Below, in pieces: positions 55,080 through 64,000 of a stretch of DNA of 64,000 nucleotides; position 1 is the first letter of the stretch, and every line of letters starts with the position of its first letter. Below the pieces are notes generated by a model. That model saw only the letters and a program-made list of their open reading frames with translations, was not told the DNA's origin and did not search any database. The translations under genes and the position numbers were made by a program. The DNA is from Octopus sinensis (lineage: Eukaryota), in NCBI RefSeq assembly GCF_006345805.1, contig NC_042997.1, positions 37,882,001 through 37,946,000 of the forward strand, given 5' to 3'.

Positions 55080-57230
55080 CGATAAGTATTGAAGTATCCC
55101 TGAAAGACATTCACATTCCACTACCACCAAGAGAAGAGTATATTAGAGTATATTAAAGACCACACATATGAGATATATTATTTTTACCCCATATAATATG
55201 GAAAGCCTACTTACATGATAATACAGAAGATCTTTCAAATACGCTAATTAATGAATGCATTAGGCAAATACGCTAATTAATGAATGCATAAGGCAAATAC
55301 CCACCATCCAAACACCAACTGGTGCCTTTTGAAGTGGAACTCTGGGGAAATGTTAAAAATGTAAAGTTTCATAAATTCCTTCTTAGGAACGGCATATTTT
55401 AACTAAAGAACTTTTGGATAAAGATAAGGATGGTATTCTGGTTCATGCAGATAAATCGGGTAACCTTTACCATCTAAACTACTTAATGTATCACTCGCTT
55501 CGAAAGAAAGAGATAATTAAAAACAATAACATTACGGATTCCAAAAACCTGAAAAAACTAAATCATCAGGCAAGCAAATTATGCTAAGATATGATTTAGA
55601 AAATAAAACGGAACCTTATGAAGCTAAGGTAGAAAGAATTATTCTTAAGGACCATAAACGTAACTTTGATTCTAATCCAACACTTAGTCTTGTATGTCCT
55701 TTTAAATATGATCTTGGTAGATTTAGTGAATTCATATTTGATAGATATATACCGAAACCTAGGGATATAATTAAGTTAAATCTTTGGTCCAGTTCAAATG
55801 AAGTGATTAACTGGTTTACACAAATAAATGACAAGGATAAATCTAAATTTATCCAGGTAGATATTTCTAATTACTATGTTTCTATAAACCCAATACTACT
55901 TAATAAAGTGTTGATGTTTGCAAAGAAAAATTCGGAAATAACTAGGGATAAAATAGATGTTATTTTGGCGGCTAGAAAATCTGCCATTAAATTAGAGAAT
56001 GAATATTGGATTAGGAAGGATAGGCTGAATATGTTTAACATTACTATGGGTTGGGTTCTACAAATTTGGCACAAGTTACTGATTTGATTCCTATATATTG
56101 TTTCCTCTGAATAGGGAACTCCCTGAAATAGCAGGAAATTTACATAGGGATGATGCACGTTTTACAATTGTAAACACATCTAGTAGAATGTTAGAAAATA
56201 TAGAAATAAATTTTTCTGGTTTTTTAAAAATATAGCCCTATCTATAACGATAGCAGATGAACATGACTCTTTTAACTTCTTAAATATTACGTTGGAGATA
56301 AAAACGAAAAGGAATTTATACACATTTTCATTAACCTAATGAAAACATAAAATATATAAATATTGAAAGTAATCATCCCAACTTGCTTATGAAGAAGATT
56401 TCGTCTAGAATAAGCAAATTGTTAGCGAATAAGAATAGTTTCAAGCTTAATGAAGACTACTATACCTTGGCACTTAGGAAAGCGGGATAGAACAAGAAAA
56501 TTAAGTTTAATAAGTCAAATAATGAATAGTAATTTTAAATAGTAATTCTAATATTGCAGACCTAAAATACAGTACTATACAGAAATATACTTATAACAAA
56601 TATAGTATTGGAGATATAAAATCAAATATTCAACTTGATAAAATAACAAGAGTAGGTGTTTTTAATAGCGAAAATAAAAAGGTGATAACCGGGTTTGAAA
56701 TTCTCCTACTTATGGAAATGAGAATGTAGTATTCTTTAATAAAATCTCAAATTCTTTTAATATAAAATCGGTTAAAAGATTTAAAGATAAAAATAAAAGT
56801 AAAATAAACATTAACTTTACAATGGATCAAAATTAGAGAATACTTACTCTTCGAAAAACGGATATAAACATCAAAATTATGAACTCAACTCGAAAAATAC
56901 ATGATGGTTAATCGTTCCCTTTGATAAACAGGTCACTTACATTTTTTTTCCAAATTGTTTAATATAGCAATTCAAAAATATTTTCCAAGAAACCACAGAT
57001 ATTACAAAATTTTTATTCGGCATAAGATTAGACTGAGTTATTTTCTTAGCCGTAATGTTGCACAAATATCAAAATATTGATAAATCAAAAACGCCATTAC
57101 AATCAGAATAGCGTAATAAATTCTGAGCATAATAACCTCAAACGAGATAGAGAAACACAAATGGAATGGAACGCTAAGAAATTAAATGTCGTGTAAAGGG
57201 AAACGGCTCAATTTAACATAAACAAGAGCA
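55080..57230 (+). mobile_element. Decayed Penelope-like element, RT region
   Basis: ORF 55581-56087 ILKDHKRNFDSNPTLSLVCPFKYDLGRFS..FIQVDISNYYVSI..FNITMG; then GDDARF (YRDD-like), ESNHPNL and thumb motifs. Same family type as 16330-18670. Confidence 0.9.
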
Positions 57231-57249
57231 CTTTTATTTATTCTATCCG

Positions 57250-58010
57250 CCTCTTTTGCCGAACTACCACATTACAAACCAAACCAAAAGTTCACCTCCA
57301 TCGTTCTCGATTCCTTCAATTCCTGAGTGTCTCCTCGGTATTATAGAGGATGGCTGCCACCAGCCACGCCTCATCAATTTCTGGGGGCACACTACCTATT
57401 CTTACTCTTGCTGGACGTTTGCCACAGTAAGTAGGTAGCAGTGCCCACTCGGCTGATCTCAAAGGCACAGTGGAGTATTTCCTCGATTCCTCTTCGCCTA
57501 CGAAGCGTACCTCCACTGTGCCGTATTTCTTTCCTTTGGTGTAATATGTCGTTATATACTTTATCACTCACAGACATTCCTGTACCGCTTCCTCCGCTGC
57601 TACTTCAATATTTTCGTTGCCACATTCAACGTTGTATAAATAATTGTCCTTTTTCAGTTTTTTCAAGTATTTCTTTAGGGGGCCTCAACCTCAGGATGTC
57701 CCCTCCTTCTTCAGCAAACCGCTATAGTTTTTAAAATCCTTCTCCTTTAATTCGATTTCATGGACCTGCAGTACCTCTACTGACAGGTCCTTGCCAGTCA
57801 TGGCAGTGTAAATGCCCACTGGTTTACTGTCCATAACGATATTATTCATAACGTCACCCATATATGGGGAAGCAAACATAAAAGCCAGTTAACAACAATT
57901 TCAACAATTCCAGTTAATTGCATTTCAACAATTCAGTAAATTAACAAATCAATACATGAAAACACACTTCTAGCACAACACTAACGACAACGCCGACGTC
58001 CTCTTAATGG
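57250..58010 (-). mobile_element. ORF1-like (RRM-type) element, frameshifted; no ORF2 visible
   Basis: GKKYGTVEVRFVGEEESRKYSTVPLRSAEWALLPTYCGKRPARVRIGSVPPEIDEAWLVAAI aligns by eye with 34290-34450. Confidence 0.7.
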
Positions 58011-58089
58011 TTAGCCGGAGATGATTTTTAGAATGGGAATATCCGAAATAAACTTGACTGTTCTCACAAATGAAAATACTAAAAGTGAA

Positions 58090-58320
58090 CCCGACCCATC
58101 CCAAAAATTAACTAAACAAAATACAAGAAAAATAATCCGGAATCCGGTACTGGATCGTTCCCAAAATCTAATCAGTTCGTGCCAATCACGAGGCCAAATA
58201 TCCCTGAAACTTTCATCCGAATCCATGCAGCGTTACTTGAGATACCTTGTCCACGGAAAACAAACAAACAAACAGGGCTGAAACACCTTCGTCATCGCTA
58301 AGGTGGAGGTAATAATAACG
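58090..58320 (+). mobile_element. Possible non-autonomous Helitron/Helentron-like fragment
   Basis: AAACTTTCATCCGAATCCATGCAGCGTTACTTGAGATACCTTGTCCACGG(AAAC)n resembles the microsatellite-bearing 3' regions of such elements; similar GACA-rich piece at 62100-62330. Termini not identified. Confidence 0.35.
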
Positions 58321-58531
58321 CCAAATCGAATAAAAGTTCAGCTAGAAATAAAACAAAGATAACGTCATCTAAAGAAGTACAAAGTAATTTGAAAACTTGG
58401 CGGAAATGAATTTAATTCTACAATCAATGATCAAATTGAAACTAAATCTCACGGAAATATAAAAAGCTATCTTTGCAATTATTCTAAACGGGAATGCTTT
58501 TATGTAAATAATAAGTGTAAAACTAAAATGT

Positions 58532-58629
<98 letters not shown>

Positions 58630-58630
58630 G

Positions 58631-58692
<62 letters not shown>

Positions 58693-58869
58693 TTATATAA
58701 GGATAAGATCGTTAGTTTAAAATAAAATAACGATCCTATCAAGTGGCCAGCATGGAAAAATATAACCTTCAAAGGTAATAAATATTTTAATATTTAAAAA
58801 AACCCACATTAAGTGTTCATATATCACACGGAGAGAAGACAAAATAATACTAGTAAAAAATTACTGGAT

Positions 58870-58930
58870 AATTCCAGATCCCGGATTTCTAGCTTTGCAT
58901 TTAGGGATGCTTTGCCTCATCAGTGGAATA
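58870..58930 (-). ncRNA. Type I hammerhead ribozyme (extra A before GAAA)
   Basis: attcca-CTGATGA-ggc(aaa)gcat(ccctaa)atgc(aaa)gct-a-GAAA-tccggga-TC-tggaat; AUC triplet, cleavage predicted between 58877 and 58876. Confidence 0.7.
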
Positions 58931-59072
58931 TACACAAAGAGAAACCTAAATACATATATATATAAATGCAACATACGAATACTTACATATACGAATGTAT
59001 ACATACATATATATGCTATGGCTGATATTTTCAACATGGCAGTATCTCATAGATACCATCAGTCATACATTC

Positions 59073-59153
<81 letters not shown>

Positions 59154-59159
59154 CATTTA

Positions 59160-59740
59160 AACTATATCTCAGGGTAAGGAAATCCTTTACATCGGTGCGA
59201 CAGGATTAATTTTCAAGAGGAGACTGGTAACCCGTTTAAGTTCATTCAAGCAAAAATATAAAACGTTCCAAACGAGCCTTAGCAAATTTATCTGATATTT
59301 CAAGAGCAGTAACAAGGACTATACGATTAAATGGCAGTAAATTTATACTGCAAATCCACACAGCCCTGCGACAAATAGATGCAACCTATCTTTCGATTAC
59401 TTTTACAGGATTTTTACATCCAAGGCTAATGTAATAAATTCTAGACAGGAGCAAGCGATGAGATGTTTGCACATGAGGAAATTTACATTTGTCAAATATA
59501 AATGAGTAATTATCATTTAAACTATACAAGGTTTTGAAATGATGAACTGTAAATGATTTTCCAATAAGAACTTGAAATAGAGATTGTCCGCTTCTGACTT
59601 AATGGACAACTCTACATTATACAACGAAGAGTTTATTAAATAAATCATTAACAGGCCATGCGAGGGATATCAAGTTATGACCCTGAAGAGACTGCACCGT
59701 TTTATAATAGTGTTGAAATTGCAACGATTATTACTCGGTG
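59160..59740 (+). mobile_element. PLE GIY-YIG fragment plus decayed pLTR
   Basis: ILYIGATGLIFKRRLVTRLSSFKQK..TSLSKFI..YTIKW..NRCNL; CTGAAGA...GAAATTGCAA remnant at 59683-59727. Confidence 0.7.
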
Positions 59741-60164
59741 CAATTGTGTGTGTGTGTATGTGTGCGTGGGTGAGTGTGTGTGTGTGTGTATGTGTGTATG
59801 TGTGTGTGTGTATTTATACGATCCCTTGCTCTCCTAAAATAGTAGCCAGAATAAATATTCACTGAACACGATCTTAGAGAATGATGTATATTTTTTTAAC
59901 AGTGCATGACAATGTCTCATTAAAATATGATTATTAAAAAGCTGTAATTCATGTCATCACGGATCTGCGTGATCCATGATTACTCAATGCCAACTCGGAC
60001 TATTAAACAATAACTACTTCCGTATTATGCTGATATCATTTTCTAAGTGCTGAGATTTTTCCATACATCAATATTTCATCCTCTTCTTGCCAAAAATTGT
60101 CGGAATCGTAATGCTGTCGCCGTCATTCTCGTATGTGTGTGTGTGTGTGTATCTGTGTCTGTGT

Positions 60165-60294
60165 TCTAATATTTACTTGCTTCAGTTACTGGACTGCGGC
60201 CATGCAGAGCCTTTAAGTCTTTTACTCGTACGAATCGACTCCAGTAGTTAATTTTTAAGCCAATCACTCAGTTACGGGACACCGACAAACCAAA

Positions 60295-60341
<47 letters not shown>

Positions 60342-60547
60342 TCTCTTTTACTTGTTTCAGTCATTTGACTGCGGCCATGCTGGAGCACCGCCTTTAATCG
60401 AGCAACTCGACCCCGGGACTTATTCTTTTGTAAGCCCAGTACTTATTCTATCGGTCTCTTTTGCCGAACCGCTAAGTAACGGGGACATAAACACACCAGC
60501 ATCGGTTGTCAAGCAATGCTAGGGGGACAAACACAAACACACACACA

Positions 60548-60597
<50 letters not shown>

Positions 60598-60762
60598 TAA
60601 ACGACAGGCTTCTTTCAGTTTCCGTCTACCAAATCCACTCACAAGGCTTTGGTCGGCCCGAGGCTATAGTAGAAGACAGTTGCGCAAGGTGCCACGCAGT
60701 GGGACTGAACCCAGAACCATGTTGTTGGTAAACAAGATACTTACCACACAGCCACTCCTGCG

Positions 60763-60798
<36 letters not shown>

Positions 60799-60930
60799 GC
60801 AGGATTCTTTCAGTTTCCATCTTTCCAATCCAATCACAGAGTGTTGGTCAGCTGGAGTTCACACACGCTCAAGTAGTGAGGTGAACCGGGACCATGTCAT
60901 TAGGAAGCAAACTGTTTACTACACAGCCTA
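60165..60930 (-). mobile_element. Cluster of three SINE family A pieces (tail only, full copy, head half)
   Basis: 60165-60300 tail; 60340-60765 full copy; 60795-60930 diverged head half. Confidence 0.85.
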
Positions 60931-63075
60931 TATAAAAGCGTGCATATACGTACATTTCAATTACTTTATAAGCAATCATCAAACTTAAGTAGAGGACAAC
61001 AAAGAAATAGGTACATGTCAATACATATAAGTTAAGTGTGTATTTGTGCGTCTGTATAAATATCTTGCACAAATTAGTAAATACTAGCTAATCTACCCAT
61101 CTACGATGGCGGTATTAAATGAGGGAGGGAAGTCATGACAGCAGTATGTATTGAGAAATGTGTAAATGGACTTGATAGATTACTGGGGGATGTCTTAGAG
61201 AAATCACATTATTTTTGTTGATACAGCATTCTATTGCAGCTATATGACATGTGTTTGCGACTAAGTGACATGCGATGACGATTCACTCACGAGCTGAAAT
61301 AGACTCCCAGCTTGTGTGTCATGAATGGTTATGTGGACCACTCCTAACGAAAGCCAGAGCTTCCTTCGATCACTACATAAAAGGATTTAAGAAAAAATGT
61401 TATTTAGATATACTTTTATTTTAGTTGTTTACACTATTTTACACTTGTTTATACACTTATACATTCGGAGTTCACGAACTTCTTTATTTACATTATGAAC
61501 CATATTCCTTCCGACAATATCAATATGATTACAAAGCTTTTTAGTAGACGGTATTTTCTGTTCGGTCAACGCTAATTTTCAAGTCACTGGAGTCCGTTGT
61601 TCTACACATAGCGACGTATAACCATCGGAGTCGGAAAAAATACACCTACACGTTCTGAAGACTGGCCCTGTGCCTTGTTTGCTGTGAATGCGCGAGCGGA
61701 TCTTGAGCATTGCAAAAAATCAAACTAAGACTTACCTCTCACTGTACTATACGAATAATGTCTGGATGTTCTGGTACCATGGGTTATTTTCATGGACAAA
61801 ACTGAGATGTAAACAGCAGCCGCTTTGATTAGCCGTTTTGAATCATGCTCAAGACTGACACACTTCAATAACCAAGAAATAATCACACACACTATATACT
61901 GACACACACTTTTTCCATTTTATTTTCGCTATTAAACATCCTCGCGACTCGACGGGACAACGAGCTATACGATGAGTTACTTGGGAAATGAAGGGGTAAT
62001 ATCGCAAATCTAAACCGTCTAAATTTACGAACTATAGTGGGGTGGAATCCAGAGTTAATCCCCGTCACCAGAATTTTAGCAAAAGCAAATTAAAGATGAT
62101 TCATTAATACAAAACTCAATATCCACTAAATAATCATAGTATTTCCCATTTTGTCCCCGCTAAAACCTTCCAGATTACCTCCTTCGTAATCCTGAAAAAC
62201 ATCATGGCCTATGGTCGAACCGTTTGACAATGAAGAGGGAACAGACAAATAGAAGGAGAGATGGAAAGACAGACGGACAAACGGACAGACAGACGGGCAT
62301 AACGCCCATTATAATAAGATTATGCACCAAATATAACTGCGCATTATGTGATAGAGAAAAATGCCGAAGGAGATCGGCATGTAAAGTACTTTAACAGCGT
62401 AATATATTTTATGAACATTGTTGCTTTGAAGCCTTAGAAATATATTTTATATTGAGTTTTGTATAAAATATAAGATAAGGCATTTCAAAATATTGATAGA
62501 TTGAAATGCATTTTTATATTACCTTTATACAATTGTGTTCCTTACTTGTCTTCACTAATCCATTACAGAAGCTTTTAAAATTCAATTTTAAAACATCCTG
62601 TCTTCATATTATATAAATATCAATTACATACAGTATAGGAATACACCAGATATTTGTTTTATATATTTCAATAATATACTAATGGATATTATATTTGTGT
62701 GTATGAGTATGTATTGAATTGAGTGGTAGATTATAAATGCATGTTTTACACTAGTGTATATATGTTTGTGTATGTGTGTGTGCATGTGGTTTTAGATAGA
62801 TTAATCAACGCAGTAAATTCTGCGTACCCTTTCGTGTTGATGCAGCCATTTGTGACTTCAAATCCGAAAAATACACTTTCAAGTTTATATATTCAGCATC
62901 CTGAAATAAAATTCAAGGTTCTAGTAGAATATAATTGCTCATGATGTGACCGCGTGGTATTTTGGGCAAACGTTTTCTCCTGCAGCCTCGGAGGCGACCA
63001 AAGCTTTGCGAGTGGATTTGGTGGGAGGAAGCTGAAAGCATTACCGGTTCGCTCGTTGAGTATCAATATATTAGT

Positions 63076-63465
63076 GGATGCGCAATGGCTCAGTGGTTAG
63101 GGTAGCGGACTCGCGGTCATAGGATCGCGGTTTCGATTCTCAGACCGGGCGTTGTGTGTGTTTATTGAGCGAAAACACCTAAAGCTCCACGATGCTCCGG
63201 CAGGGGATGGTGGTGATCCTTGCTGTACTCTTTCACCACAACTTCCTCTCACTCTTACTTCCTGTTTCTGTTGTACCTGTATTTCAAAGGGCCGGCCTTG
63301 TCACTCTCTGTGTCACGCTGAATATCCCCGAGAACTACGTTAAGGGAACACGTGTCTGTGGAGTGCTCAGCCACTTACACGTTAATTTCACGAGCAGGCT
63401 GTTCCGTTGATTCGGATCAACCGGAACCCTCGTCGTCGTAACCGACGGAGTGCTTCCCCATTCCA
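63076..63465 (+). mobile_element. tRNA-derived SINE sharing the family C 3' end
   Basis: Head GGCTCAGTGGTTAGGGTAGCGG..GGTTTCGATTCTC; the 3' ~190 nt align with 28410-28590. Confidence 0.8.
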
Positions 63466-63496
63466 TCCATCAATATATGTTAAGTTAGTTTTCTTC

Positions 63497-63507
63497 AGTA
63501 GTAGTAG

Positions 63508-63549
<42 letters not shown>

Positions 63550-63575
63550 CAGTAGCAGCAGCAGCAGCGGCAACA
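63497..63575. repeat. (AGT)n/(AGC)n trinucleotide repeat
   Basis: Directly visible. Confidence 0.95.
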
Positions 63576-64000
63576 GCTGCTGTTGTTTTTGTTGTGCAGT
63601 TTCTTGATTTGTTGGGGCTGTAAAAATGTATTTTCCTTTCCAGTTTCTGTTTCTTGTTTATTCGTTCATTCATATAAATTCTTACAACTTGTTTACTTTA
63701 GCTGGTGGTTCTTTCGTTTTGTGTTCTTTATTTATGCCGAGAGGTGGATCCGAGGAAAAGTGGAAGACGTATTTTGCATTAGATATAAGCGGCAGAATAA
63801 AATTAAAATATGTTAGGAAATCGATACTAAGGTCTGGCCCAAGTAGATATGAATATTCCAAAGTGCTCGTTAAGTGTTCAAGACTAATGTATAAATCAAA
63901 ATCTAATTTACTTTTTTACGCTTCCACATGTAAAGCTCCGTGAAAAGATTGGGGAAGATTTTTCTCCCGTCCGTCGAAATCCGCAGTAAAATGATATTGA

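Noticed and set aside
55220-55295. 29-bp tandem duplication AAATACGCTAATTAATGAATGCAT(T/A)AGGC
   Set aside because: A simple slippage duplication inside a dead PLE; no sign of function.

Overview
AT-rich, microsatellite-dense eukaryotic DNA. The SINE and Penelope-like repeats resemble ones I associate with Octopus (coleoid cephalopod); this is recognition from memory, not a database match. I cannot support any intact protein-coding gene, and most ORFs in the track are (AT)n/(CA)n/(TG)n artefacts. The window is a collection of decayed retroelements. It holds about 11 fragments of Penelope-like elements (PLEs, RT plus C-terminal GIY-YIG), three tRNA-derived SINE families, two CR1/L2-type 3' ends, two R4/Dong-type fragments, a Chapaev/CMC-like DNA transposase and three copies of an RRM(+CCHC) ORF1-like family. 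Reading both strands shows five well-formed type I hammerhead ribozymes (2813+, 42442+, 47622-, 51575+, 58870-) and several decayed ones, mostly in PLE pseudo-LTRs. The largest structure is a 4.1-kb PLE bounded by near-identical 1.4-kb inverted repeats, each with a hammerhead close to its outer end. Other notable items are a frameshifted Myb/SANT-like + 2xCCCH ORF stacked with two other retroelement modules, and a 266-bp fold-back palindrome centred on (TA)n.
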